Of a DNA stretch of 38,740 bases, positions 25,407 to 33,987 are shown piece by piece (the first letter of the stretch is position 1; every line of letters starts with the position of its first letter). The position numbers and the translations under genes were made by a program. The notes beneath the pieces were generated by a model. It searched no databases. It was given only the letters and a program-made list of their open reading frames with translations, and had not been told where the DNA came from. The DNA is from a virus. Taxonomy: Duplodnaviria > Caudoviricetes. The DNA lies in IMG/VR virus record IMGVR_UViG_3300048574_000107, positions 1 to 38,740 of that record. One strand, 5' to 3'.

Positions 25407-25534
25407 CCGACACCCAGATCGACAGCCTCCTAGAACGTCTCAGAGAATACCACGGCGCTGAGCGGGTCACTCTACGCTTTGAATTCGATGACGGTCAGTC
25501 TGTGACACATGTTGCAGAGGATCGCAGCCAATGA
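25403..25534 (+). CDS. 43-aa protein, copy B1
   Basis: MTDTQIDSLLERLREYHG...; 5' end repeated at 29530. Confidence 0.6.
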   Translation: MTDTQIDSLLERLREYHGAERVTLRFEFDDGQSVTHVAEDRSQ

Positions 25535-25776
25535 ACCCTCGCAACCTCGAACACCAAGCAGCAGCGACGCGTCACATGCTCAACGGTGGAACGATGACTC
25601 CTGAACTCATCGCCTGCGTTGAAGGCTGCATTGCATCCGCAGAGTGGATGGCGAAGGGCGAACAAGTTTTGAAGGAGTTGATCCGGCTGCGCAAAGACGA
25701 TCCAGAGCTATTTCAAACGCTCCGCAACCTAATCGGCATGGGGGCATCGATAGCAGACATTCGGGAAACGGAATGA
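25531..25776 (+). CDS. Hypothetical phage protein
   Basis: 81 aa, ATGA coupled. Confidence 0.65.
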   Translation: MNPRNLEHQAAATRHMLNGGTMTPELIACVEGCIASAEWMAKGEQVLKELIRLRKDDPELFQTLRNLIGMGASIADIRETE

Positions 25777-25800
25777 TGGCCGAGGAAGCGGGACTGTGAA

Positions 25801-26232
25801 ATGAGCCTCCATAATCACATCTACGGGAACTTTAAAAAGCCAGTCAGAGACCGCCTCAAAGAGAAGAGGCTCGCACCGAAGAAGAAGCGGGAGAAGCGTC
25901 CTGGGAATAGCGAAAAGCACCTTCAGGCGATCCGCACGCTTCCATGCGCCATTCCGGGGTGCACGATCGTTGGCTGCGATCCACACCATTTGAAAAGCGG
26001 TCCGGCTGCCGCCGAGCGTTCTGTCGGTCGGCGTGCATCAGATCGTTGGACCGTTCCTCTTTGTCGCCGCCACCACGATGAAATTGAGCGCGTAGGATCA
26101 CGACGCGAAACGCAGTGGTTTGCGGGTCATGGGATTGAAGCCGTCTGCCTAGCTGCTGCGCTTTGGAGCACGTCTCCGGACAAAGGCACGATGGTCCGCA
26201 TCATTCTAGCTCACAAGGTTCTGCCGAAATGA
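25801..26232 (+). CDS. DUF968-like HNH/zinc nuclease protein
   Basis: HLQAIRTLPCAIPGC...DPHHL...ASDRWTVPLCRRHH. Confidence 0.8.
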   Translation: MSLHNHIYGNFKKPVRDRLKEKRLAPKKKREKRPGNSEKHLQAIRTLPCAIPGCTIVGCDPHHLKSGPAAAERSVGRRASDRWTVPLCRRHHDEIERVGSRRETQWFAGHGIEAVCLAAALWSTSPDKGTMVRIILAHKVLPK

Positions 26233-26750
26233 TGAAACGAAGAAAACTTACCGAACAGGTAATTCTGGCAAAGGCCAGCCCTGAGCCCAATACTGGCTGC
26301 TGGCTTTGGCCTTTCAGCGACAATGGCAGAGGCTACGGCCGAATACGATTCAAGGGAAGCCTATGGCAAGCGCATCGCCTATTCTACGAGATAGTCAAGG
26401 GTACCATCCCGGATGGGTACGAACTTGACCATAAGTGCCGTGTCACGTTTTGCGTGAACCCTGATCATCTCGAACCGGTTGTCCATGTCGAAAACGTCCG
26501 TCGCGGCACAACGGGTGCCGTCAATACGGCAAGGCAACGCTCAAAAACACATTGCCCGCGCGGCCACGAATATTCTGGCGCCAACCTTCGAGTGAACCGC
26601 AACGGATCACGCAGGTGCAAGACGTGCCAACTCCTCCTTCAGAGAACCCGGAGACCTTCCAATGGATCTGCAAAGGCAATCAAAGCCGCAACGGAGGCAA
26701 TGACAAAAATCATCATTGCTCATCACGCATCCAAGAAAGCGAGTTCATGA
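26229..26750 (+). CDS. HNH homing endonuclease
   Basis: PEPNTGCWLW, GYG, AHRLFYE, LDHKCRVTFCVNPDHLEPV, THCPRGH. Confidence 0.92.
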   Translation: MMKRRKLTEQVILAKASPEPNTGCWLWPFSDNGRGYGRIRFKGSLWQAHRLFYEIVKGTIPDGYELDHKCRVTFCVNPDHLEPVVHVENVRRGTTGAVNTARQRSKTHCPRGHEYSGANLRVNRNGSRRCKTCQLLLQRTRRPSNGSAKAIKAATEAMTKIIIAHHASKKASS

Positions 26751-26920
26751 CCGAACCTCTTTCCTACGTCTCTGATCATGGAACTGATCTCTGCGTTATC
26801 TGTCGAAACGATACTGGAATTCCCACTGATACGCCGATTGATCAGCGGGAAAACTACATCGAAGGCTCTGGACAATGCTGCGCGGTTTGTGCGGCGAGAA
26901 TTAAAAGCGGGGAATTTTGA
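26747..26920 (+). CDS. Small zinc-finger protein
   Basis: MTEPLS...CVICRNDT...YIEGSGQCCAVC; ATGA coupled. Confidence 0.6.
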   Translation: MTEPLSYVSDHGTDLCVICRNDTGIPTDTPIDQRENYIEGSGQCCAVCAARIKSGEF

Positions 26921-26923
26921 GAG

Positions 26924-28171
26924 ATGACCACACCCGATAAAGAAGAAATTCCGACAGATAGGACTGAGGGACAATTTCGCAAAAAGCCCGTCGTTGTTGA
27001 CGCCGTGCAGCTTAGGCAGCGCTTCCTCTGGCCGGATTGGTTTCACGATGCCGTCAGCTCCAATGTCATCATTACGCACGGGCTTGGGAAATACGGCACA
27101 GGCCCGGTCTATTGCGAGATAAAGACATTAGAAGGCGTGATGCGTGCCAACGCTGGCGATTGGGTCGTACGTGGGACGCAGGGCGAGATTTACCCCTGCA
27201 AGCCGGATATTTTCATCGAAATATACGAACCAGTTGGGATCGCCACCGCTTTCAACGCCTATGAGCCAATGAGAGAGGCGCTTTCTAAGATCGCAAACTG
27301 CGGCCAATCGCAAGAACCGGATCACTGGCAGTTTCGCGTAATGGCGCGAGATACATCTAATGCCGCTCTCTCCACCCTCCCTGTAAACGACCGGCAGACA
27401 TCAGATGATGTCGGGATATTGCGGGCGCTTCTCGAAGAAGAACTCGTCTGGCACGAGGAGCGCGATAAATCTCTAAGCAAGCAGCCACAGTCTAACCAGG
27501 TTGTCTGGCGGCGTGCTGAGCACCAAGAACGCATAGACGTGATCCGTGCCGCTCTTAAAGGCGTGCCTCAGCCTGCAACCCCGAAGGAAGCCGCAATGAC
27601 CGAAGCTCAGATCAAGCACATGGTTGACCGCTTCCTGATGTGGAAGCTTCCGGAGCATTTCAATCCGGACGACGGCATCAGCTTTGACCCCGTCGCTAGC
27701 AAAGGGACGCCTTACGAGTTTCGGCGCTCGCCATCCGGAACGAACCTATTCAGCGCCGAGCAAGCGACGGCAATGGTGCGCCACATGCTCGAAGGTTTGC
27801 CTCAGCCTGCAAGCGATGACTATCAAGCTGACGCCGGTGCACCTGCTCTGTCCGAGAAAGTCAACGTTCGTTCGGAGTGGCGTCCAATTGAAAGCGCTCC
27901 GGCAGATGGAACTGAAATTCTTGCATACATGCCAGGGCTCGCACTCGGCCAGATTGTCCTCTATTGGCAGGATGGTTATTGGCGTAAAAAAGCGAATAGC
28001 ATGGGTTTGAAGTATCCGCCAACGCACTGGATGCCTCTCCCCTCACCACCCGGCGCTGAGTTGAATTTCTCGAACGAACCCGAGAGCGACGCTGGCAGCT
28101 TGACATCCGATACTTCCTCTCAGCCTGCAAGCGAAGCGGGGAAGCTCAGCACTGATGAGGTGCAATCGTGA
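26924..28171 (+). CDS. Mosaic multi-module protein (RKKPVV/PGDYG-like N-terminus, DUF551-like C-terminus)
   Basis: FRKKPVVVDAVQ...IKTLEGVMRANAGDWVVRG..GEIYPCKPDIF; WRPIESAPADGTEIL...PTHWMPLPSPP. Confidence 0.8.
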   Translation: MTTPDKEEIPTDRTEGQFRKKPVVVDAVQLRQRFLWPDWFHDAVSSNVIITHGLGKYGTGPVYCEIKTLEGVMRANAGDWVVRGTQGEIYPCKPDIFIEIYEPVGIATAFNAYEPMREALSKIANCGQSQEPDHWQFRVMARDTSNAALSTLPVNDRQTSDDVGILRALLEEELVWHEERDKSLSKQPQSNQVVWRRAEHQERIDVIRAALKGVPQPATPKEAAMTEAQIKHMVDRFLMWKLPEHFNPDDGISFDPVASKGTPYEFRRSPSGTNLFSAEQATAMVRHMLEGLPQPASDDYQADAGAPALSEKVNVRSEWRPIESAPADGTEILAYMPGLALGQIVLYWQDGYWRKKANSMGLKYPPTHWMPLPSPPGAELNFSNEPESDAGSLTSDTSSQPASEAGKLSTDEVQS

Positions 28172-28431
28172 GCAAACTCGGACTTGTCGACACCGTAAAA
28201 GTCGAAATCGACGTGCAAGGCATCGACCTGATAGCTCTCAAGAAGCTGTCATTGGTATCGCATGCGTTGGCAAAGAAGATCGGCGGAATGGCCGGGCAAG
28301 AGCAAGCAACGCTGGCCAGCGTCCTCGACGATGTAATCCGACAGATCGAGATCGGATGTGCCACCTCGCTCATGGACGACAAGCGCGCTGCTCTAAGCGC
28401 CCCCTCTACAGATGCAAAGGTGCGGGGATGA
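28168..28431 (+). CDS. Hypothetical phage protein
   Basis: 87 aa, GAGG RBS, GTGA overlap. Confidence 0.6.
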   Translation: MSKLGLVDTVKVEIDVQGIDLIALKKLSLVSHALAKKIGGMAGQEQATLASVLDDVIRQIEIGCATSLMDDKRAALSAPSTDAKVRG

Positions 28432-28716
28432 AAGTTCTCGGGCTCTTTTCCGGTATCGGCGGGTTTGAACTTGGCCTGCAGCGTGCAGGTTTCGAGATCG
28501 CCGCCATGTGTGAAATCGATCCGCGCTGCCGGCTCCTACGCCATCCCGGTCATTCACGGATCGGAACTCGTCATCTGGAAACCGAAGTCAGTCGCCTTTC
28601 ACAATCTCGGACACCGCTCGTTCTGCGAATTGAACCAGGCCGTGGACGATATTTTGAAAGCCGAAATCGGTCTGTCTGGAGATCAACTTCTCCAAGAAAC
28701 GGCGGCAGCAGCATGA
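28428..28716 (+). pseudogene. Truncated C5-cytosine methyltransferase joined out of frame to the 3' end of another gene
   Basis: MKVLGLFSGIGGFELGLQRAGFEIAAMCEIDP (motif I) stops resembling Dcm at about 28525; no PC or ENV motifs; another frame gives ...PKSVAFHNL...AVDDILKAEIG. Confidence 0.75.
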
Positions 28717-28883
28717 TCGACATTATTGAAGACGCGAAAGCAAAGGCCGTCGAACTTATGCAGGAATCTCTGCTCGCCAAGAAGCGTGGCGACTACGCCA
28801 AAGCAGATGAGTTCTACGCGGAGTCTAAATTCTTTCTCCGTCTTCTTAGAGACGCTGGTGAAGATATGGAGGTGGTGCGGTGA
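28713..28883 (+). CDS. 56-aa protein, copy A2
   Basis: MIDIIEDAKAKAVELM...GDYAKADEFYAESKFFLRLLRDAGEDMEVVR. Confidence 0.75.
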   Translation: MIDIIEDAKAKAVELMQESLLAKKRGDYAKADEFYAESKFFLRLLRDAGEDMEVVR

Positions 28884-29533
28884 GCCAGCGGAACTCCGAA
28901 TACGCGCGCAAGGCGCGCGACCTGTACGAAACGAAGCCGTGGGTAACGAACTGCCTGTTTCCGCATCTGCCGGACCGTGCGTTGCAGCGCATCTGGGAGT
29001 GCGCCGCTGGCTCAGGCATGATGGCCGATGTCTTCAAGGAATGGGGCGCCGGATACTTCGCGTCCGACATTCATCCGTTGGCAGAGGGGATCGAGCAAGG
29101 CGATTTCTTTCGCTGGCACACGCCGCCCCATCGGTCGACCTCGATTATCACCAACCCGCCATACAAGGACGGGATGGCCAAGAAATTCATAGAGCACGCG
29201 CTGCGCCTGATGGAGCCCGTCGACGGCGTGGTCGCGATGCTGCTCTCATCCGAATACGACCACGCTGACACGCGACGGCATCTGTTCGCCGACTGCCCGG
29301 CATGGTCGAAGAAGATCAATCTCACGAAGCGCATCGTTTGGTTCGATGGACCTGTCCCGTGCAAGCCGTGCGGCGGCACCGGCAATGTGCTCGCCGTCAG
29401 CGGTGATCGACTCTCGAAGTGCAAGCCGTGTCGCGGGAAAGGTGAGAAAAAGTCCGGGCCGTCCGAAAATCACGCTTGGTATATCTGGGATTTTGCGCAC
29501 GAGGGAGCGCCAACGCTGGCGTATGCGCCATGA
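28880..29533 (+). CDS. Phage N6-adenine DNA methyltransferase with CxxCxGxG insert
   Basis: DLYETK, IWECAAGSG (motif I), IITNPPY (motif IV), NHAWYIWD. Confidence 0.88.
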   Translation: MSQRNSEYARKARDLYETKPWVTNCLFPHLPDRALQRIWECAAGSGMMADVFKEWGAGYFASDIHPLAEGIEQGDFFRWHTPPHRSTSIITNPPYKDGMAKKFIEHALRLMEPVDGVVAMLLSSEYDHADTRRHLFADCPAWSKKINLTKRIVWFDGPVPCKPCGGTGNVLAVSGDRLSKCKPCRGKGEKKSGPSENHAWYIWDFAHEGAPTLAYAP

Positions 29534-29578
29534 CCGACGCCCAGATCGACAGCCTCCTAGAACGTCTCAGACTCTATC

Positions 29579-30280
29579 ATGGAGTATACGTTGCCTAAAA
29601 ACGTAGACATAACCGGAAACGTATTTGGACGTTTGACTGCCATACGGCGCGTTCAATCGCCAACGCGCGACCAAGTATGGCTGTTTCAATGCGCTTGCGG
29701 AACTACAAAAGAAATAATGAAGGCAAGCGTAACGAAGGGCAGCACCAAATCATGTGGCTGTCTGGCGCATGAGATACACGTCTCGCTAGCAACCAAGCAC
29801 GGAATGTCTAAGACGCCTGAATATTGCGCATGGAAACACCTTAATGGTCGGTGCAATAATCCAAACAACAAGGCGTTCAAGAATTACGGCGGCAGAGGCT
29901 TACGAGTTTACTACTCGTCATTCGACGAGTTTCTTGGAGATGTTGGAACACGTGCAATCCACGACACGACGGGCTTGCGCTTAGATACCGCAAGCGGGTT
30001 GGCCGGAACGTTCTATGGCGCTGATGGCTCTACCGCTGCGCCCGTGACCGCGCTCTTGGACGAGTGCGAACGCTCTCTAGCCAAAGACGCCGAGATCACG
30101 TCCCTTCGCGCTCAACTCGATGAGGCGAGGCGTAAGGCGATAGATGATGCTGCGCAGGTGGCGGACGAATACGCACTAAAAGTCCGCTCTTTGATGCGGG
30201 GTGTCCCGAGCGTTGAAGAAGGCACGGCGCAGTCTATCGCAAAGCTGATCCGCGCCCTTCTTTCGGAGAGCAAGACATGA
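29579..30280 (+). CDS. Chimera: truncated HNH-related endonuclease fused to an unrelated coiled-coil tail
   Basis: DITGNVFGRLT, WLFQCACG, KSCGC, HGMSKTPEY, NYGGRG, FLGDVG, then no DRID/GNCRW motifs. Confidence 0.7.
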   Translation: MEYTLPKNVDITGNVFGRLTAIRRVQSPTRDQVWLFQCACGTTKEIMKASVTKGSTKSCGCLAHEIHVSLATKHGMSKTPEYCAWKHLNGRCNNPNNKAFKNYGGRGLRVYYSSFDEFLGDVGTRAIHDTTGLRLDTASGLAGTFYGADGSTAAPVTALLDECERSLAKDAEITSLRAQLDEARRKAIDDAAQVADEYALKVRSLMRGVPSVEEGTAQSIAKLIRALLSESKT

Positions 30281-30516
30281 GCGATACGCTGCGCAGGGTT
30301 GGAAACAAAACGCGACTGACACAGGCCCAGGCGGACCTAATCCGGCTGATTGATCGCTCCGATAGCGATGCAGATGGATGGAGAAAAGTAAGCGCCGTGC
30401 TTTGGCCGCACGTTAAGGCGCACGCCGTCGCAGATTTGGTTGAATTGGACGAAACCGAAACCGGTGGCCGCATCCGCTTCACCGAGCGCGGCGCGGCGGT
30501 CCGTGACTATCTTTAG
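30277..30516 (+). CDS. Small winged-helix-like hypothetical protein
   Basis: RLTQAQADLIRLI...GRIRFTERG; flanked by a 16-bp direct repeat. Confidence 0.7.
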   Translation: MSDTLRRVGNKTRLTQAQADLIRLIDRSDSDADGWRKVSAVLWPHVKAHAVADLVELDETETGGRIRFTERGAAVRDYL

Positions 30517-30527
30517 GAGAGCAAGAC

Positions 30528-30860
30528 ATGAACCGCAAAGAATACGTGATGCAGCCAAAACTCCGAATGGACGCCTACTACTTCGGATTTAGCGCGACGG
30601 GCGTTCGCGAGATTGACGAGATTTTATCTGCCGTCGCCTGTGCTGGGAAAGCATACCATCACACAGAAAGGTGGAATGACGCCGACGAAGGCGAGTGGAG
30701 CTATGCCGAGCTAATCCAACACGCTGCCACGCGTGCAGCCGCCCGTATAGCAGATCTTGAGAAGGCGCTGAGAGATGTAGCCGAGGCCAAGATGCCAGGG
30801 CTAGCGAGATATATCGCACGCACCACTCTCGAAGCATCTGGAGGTGGGGGTGGGGAGTGA
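30528..30860 (+). CDS. Hypothetical phage protein
   Basis: RMDAYYFGFSATGVREIDEILSAVACAGKAYHHT. Confidence 0.7.
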   Translation: MNRKEYVMQPKLRMDAYYFGFSATGVREIDEILSAVACAGKAYHHTERWNDADEGEWSYAELIQHAATRAAARIADLEKALRDVAEAKMPGLARYIARTTLEASGGGGGE

Positions 30861-31096
30861 AACTTTCCGAGGCAAAAGTCGAATGTGAGCGGTGGTTCTC
30901 TTACCTCGACCGCCAGCGCGAAAAGACCGTTGCTATGCAGAAGATCGCATCGGATCGTCGCCAAGGTCTCATTGACGAAACCGAGGGTAGACGACGCGTT
31001 CGTGCTCTGGACAACGGCGTCACGGTTTTTGACGGCGCGAACCTTGAAAAGGCCGTTCGCGTGCTGCTGAAGCACATTAAGGACGATCCGAAATGA
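30857..31096 (+). CDS. Hypothetical phage protein
   Basis: 79-aa coupled ORF. Confidence 0.6.
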   Translation: MKLSEAKVECERWFSYLDRQREKTVAMQKIASDRRQGLIDETEGRRRVRALDNGVTVFDGANLEKAVRVLLKHIKDDPK

Positions 31097-31491
31097 AAAA
31101 CCTCGAATCCCTCCGCTCCCTACAGAAGCGCATACGTGAGGCTAAGGGGGCTGACTGCATCCTCGACACGGACATTCTTGTGGCACTTCTTGGCGAATAC
31201 GAAGGCGAGCTATGGGACCGCCAAGGCAATCCTCTCACCCTCGATCCAGACGGCCTTGGTCCGTGTGTGGCGCTGATGAGGGAAGTGCTGCCGGGGTGTA
31301 GATGGACCAAAACAGCGAGCGGGCGCTATCGTGTTTGGGGTAATGAACCCGACTACATTTTGGAGGGCTCGCATCCCGCCATTTGGTCTGACAGCGAACC
31401 TCTCGCCAACGACTGCCTGACGTTCCTCGACGCAATTTTCTCTGCGGTCATTGCCAAGGAAGAAGCAAAGCATACGGAGAAAGCGGGATGA
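31093..31491 (+). CDS. Hypothetical phage protein
   Basis: 132-aa coupled ORF. Confidence 0.65.
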   Translation: MKNLESLRSLQKRIREAKGADCILDTDILVALLGEYEGELWDRQGNPLTLDPDGLGPCVALMREVLPGCRWTKTASGRYRVWGNEPDYILEGSHPAIWSDSEPLANDCLTFLDAIFSAVIAKEEAKHTEKAG

Positions 31492-31658
31492 CGTTGACCT
31501 TTAAGGACGCTCTCGTTCTATGCGCGGGCGTGATGGTAGGGGCGTTTTTAACCTCTCGCGCAAACATCGCAGCACAAGACATTTACGTGTGGCTTGGCAG
31601 CCTATCGGTCATTCTGGCGCTCGCTCGCTTCTTGATTTGGATCGACACTGGATATTGA
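31488..31658 (+). CDS. Small two-TM membrane protein (56 aa)
   Basis: MTLTFKDALVLCAGVMVGAFL...IYVWLGSLSVILALARFLIWI; not in the ORF track. Confidence 0.55.
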   Translation: MTLTFKDALVLCAGVMVGAFLTSRANIAAQDIYVWLGSLSVILALARFLIWIDTGY

Positions 31659-31699
31659 ACCAATCACTTCATCACACCCAGTCTAAGGAAGGGTAGAGA

Positions 31700-31999
31700 A
31701 TGCAAGAAGCGGAGGTAGTCGAACGACTGCGGGAAGCAGCGGAACGAACCGGAGATCAGGATTTTTCAGAATCCGCGTCTCTCATCGAGCGCCAGCAGCA
31801 AGTCATAGACCTACTGATGAAAGCGGTAGAGCCGTTTAAAAACAGCATAGACGTCTTGGAGTACGAGGGAGCCGATGACGAAGAGATCGGTCTCATTCTT
31901 CTTGGCTCCGACCTTACAGCCAAGCATCTCCGTCGTGCTCGTGAAGCAAAGCTAGAAGCAGAGAAGATATTGAATTCAACACCGAGCACGGCTCTTTGA
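31700..31999 (+). CDS. Hypothetical phage protein
   Basis: 99 aa with RBS. Confidence 0.65.
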   Translation: MQEAEVVERLREAAERTGDQDFSESASLIERQQQVIDLLMKAVEPFKNSIDVLEYEGADDEEIGLILLGSDLTAKHLRRAREAKLEAEKILNSTPSTAL

Positions 32000-32032
32000 G
32001 CCGCAAGTGCGATCACCATTTCAGCGGAGGGT

Positions 32033-32371
32033 TTGATGAGAGGGATTTCGATTTCCGAGCAGAATGCAAAGGCCGTCGCTCAGATCCTTCGCGATGAGTG
32101 CGGGTGGTGCTCTGACGATCGCGGCGAATGGGCATTCGTCCACCATGTGACGAAGGGCTGTGACGAATATCGCTTCATGGGCGCGCTCGGCTTCGGCGGA
32201 AAATTTCGCAACAACGGTAATAACGACGACACGCCGTATGTCGATTTCTACCCGGAAGACGCAACGCCAGACCGGCGGCAACGAGCTGAACGAGCAAACC
32301 AGCGACTTGCCGAACTATTCCGGCGACAGGGTGAACGCACACAAGAGCATTCGAACAAGAACAGTGGTTGA
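32033..32371 (+). CDS. Hypothetical phage protein
   Basis: EYRFMGALGFGGKFRN...YVDFYPEDATP; GGAGG RBS. Confidence 0.7.
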   Translation: MMRGISISEQNAKAVAQILRDECGWCSDDRGEWAFVHHVTKGCDEYRFMGALGFGGKFRNNGNNDDTPYVDFYPEDATPDRRQRAERANQRLAELFRRQGERTQEHSNKNSG

Positions 32372-32423
32372 AACCAATTCACTACACCACTCACATCCAG
32401 GACTTAAGAGGGAGAGGGAGTAA

Positions 32424-32663
32424 ATGGACGAATTCGAAATCAGTGTCAGGAAGACCGAAGGCGGTATCGGGAGCGATACCTGGACGGCGTCGTTTACAAC
32501 GCGCGACGGCGCTAGCCACGTCCACGCCACAGGACGAGGCGCAAGCCGAGCAGAGGCACGATCCAAGCTCTCGTTCGAACTCACCGAACTATCCCGTCAG
32601 ATCAACTCCGCGCTGGAAGACCTTTCCGAACCCACCAAGATCATCAGAAAGGTTGCCGGATGA
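32424..32663 (+). CDS. Hypothetical phage protein
   Basis: 79 aa, strong GGGAG RBS. Confidence 0.65.
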   Translation: MDEFEISVRKTEGGIGSDTWTASFTTRDGASHVHATGRGASRAEARSKLSFELTELSRQINSALEDLSEPTKIIRKVAG

Positions 32664-32698
32664 AATTCAATTTCGAGAGGGAGAAGGAGTAAGGGGAG

Positions 32699-33034
32699 AT
32701 GACAGAGCTGCTGAGCATTGAAGAAGTTGCCGAATTGCTTCGCAAAAGCGTACGAACCGTTAAGCGTCGTCCAATTCCATACTCGCGCGATGGCGCTAGC
32801 AGGATCTATGATCGGCGCGATGTGGATGCCTACCTTTCGAGGACCAGACAATGTCCGTCTTCAAACGACCCGGTTCGCCGTTCTATTATGCGGAATTCCA
32901 AATCAGCGGAACCCGGATTTGCAGAAGCACGCGCAAGAGGACTGAGCGCGAGGCAAGGGCAGCAGAAAGAGACTTCAAAGCGGAAGCGCGCAAGAAGCTC
33001 GGCGAAAGTCGCAAATCCACCGCCCTCACCTTAG
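32699..33034 (+). CDS. xis: Excisionase-like HTH protein
   Basis: ELLSIEEVAELLRKSVRTVKR...RIYDRRDVDAYL; overlaps int. Confidence 0.8.
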   Translation: MTELLSIEEVAELLRKSVRTVKRRPIPYSRDGASRIYDRRDVDAYLSRTRQCPSSNDPVRRSIMRNSKSAEPGFAEARARGLSARQGQQKETSKRKRARSSAKVANPPPSP

Positions 33035-33891
33035 ACCAAGGTTTCGGAAAGTACTGGACCGAACACGGCTCCAAGCTCTCGCCACTATGGGCAAACGAGA
33101 TCGAAAGATACATCGACGGGATTCTCGCTCTCGTTGACAAAGATATTCTGATCGAGGACCTGAGCGACGCTGAGGTAAACGAATACGTACAGGCATATTG
33201 CGAGCGAGACGGCGGTGGCGACTATGCGCTCAACCGATCGCTATCGATCTGGCGGAGCATGCATAAGCGTGCATCCAAAAAGTGGAAGCAGCGCACGCAA
33301 GAGATCGATTGGGCAGACTTCTTTAACGATGAAGACAGGCGCGTCCGTCACATAACAATCGATGAGGCGCGCAGATTAATTGATGTAATGGCTCCGCGCA
33401 CCGCTCTGGCGGTCGAATGGTCTCTCAGTACCGCTACGCGAAAGTTTGAGACGTTCGGACTCGTATGGGATGACGTTCATCTCGAAGCTGGGAACGCCAT
33501 TGTAACGGCGAAGGGCGGAAGACGTCATACGGTTTGGCTCAGCGAACAAGCGATGGACGTTCTCTCGCGATGTGAGCGGCGTGGACGCTACGTGTTTGAT
33601 AAACGGAATGCGCGGAAAGCCTTCGAGGCCGCTGTCAAAAAATCCGGCCTAGTAGACTTTCGTTGGCACGACCTCAGACATACAGCTGCGACATGGCTTC
33701 GTCAGGCAGGAACACCTGTCGAGGTCGTGCAGAGAATTCTAGGTCACGCTGATATTGAGACCACGATGAGGTACGCGCACGTCGTGGACTCCGAAGTGCA
33801 AGAAGCGATGCGCAACCTACCAAGAGTAGGCACCAACAGTGCTAAAATTGTTAGGCTTACAGCTATGAAAAATAAGAAAAATCAGGCATAG
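32851..33891 (+). CDS. int: Tyrosine integrase
   Basis: TATRKFE (R), TAKGG (K), HDLRH, LGHADIETTMRY. Confidence 0.97.
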   Translation: MSVFKRPGSPFYYAEFQISGTRICRSTRKRTEREARAAERDFKAEARKKLGESRKSTALTLDQGFGKYWTEHGSKLSPLWANEIERYIDGILALVDKDILIEDLSDAEVNEYVQAYCERDGGGDYALNRSLSIWRSMHKRASKKWKQRTQEIDWADFFNDEDRRVRHITIDEARRLIDVMAPRTALAVEWSLSTATRKFETFGLVWDDVHLEAGNAIVTAKGGRRHTVWLSEQAMDVLSRCERRGRYVFDKRNARKAFEAAVKKSGLVDFRWHDLRHTAATWLRQAGTPVEVVQRILGHADIETTMRYAHVVDSEVQEAMRNLPRVGTNSAKIVRLTAMKNKKNQA

Positions 33892-33898
33892 TCGCAAA

Positions 33899-33938
33899 TG
33901 ATTAAAAGTCAGATGCTCTACCGCTGAGCTACGGGCCC
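33899..33938 (-). other. attP core: 5' half of tRNA-Lys(UUU)
   Basis: Minus strand GGGCCCG-TA-GCTC-AGCGGTA-GAGC-A-TCTGA-CTTTTAA-TCA, then the tRNA pattern is lost; 7 bp after the int stop. Confidence 0.9.
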
Positions 33939-33948
33939 CCGAAGCCAG

Positions 33949-33977
33949 CAAATACAGGGGTTTAAAGTTAATAGCAA
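33949..33977 (-). promoter_or_regulatory. Putative promoter for the reconstituted tRNA
   Basis: TTGCTA (33977-33972)-N17-TATTTG (33954-33949), 10 nt upstream of tRNA base 1. Confidence 0.55.
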
Positions 33978-33987
33978 GGGTTGGAAC

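Noticed and set aside
25311-28883. Diversity-generating retroelement TR/VR pair
   Set aside because: Mismatches between the copies are not adenine-specific in one copy and are mostly synonymous; no reverse transcriptase in the window.
28155-28883. 242-aa ORF as a real gene
   Set aside because: It is a read-through of a shadow frame, the Dcm fragment and gene A2.
33899-33938. Functional tRNA-Lys gene
   Set aside because: The T-arm and 3' acceptor strand are absent; only the 5' half is present.
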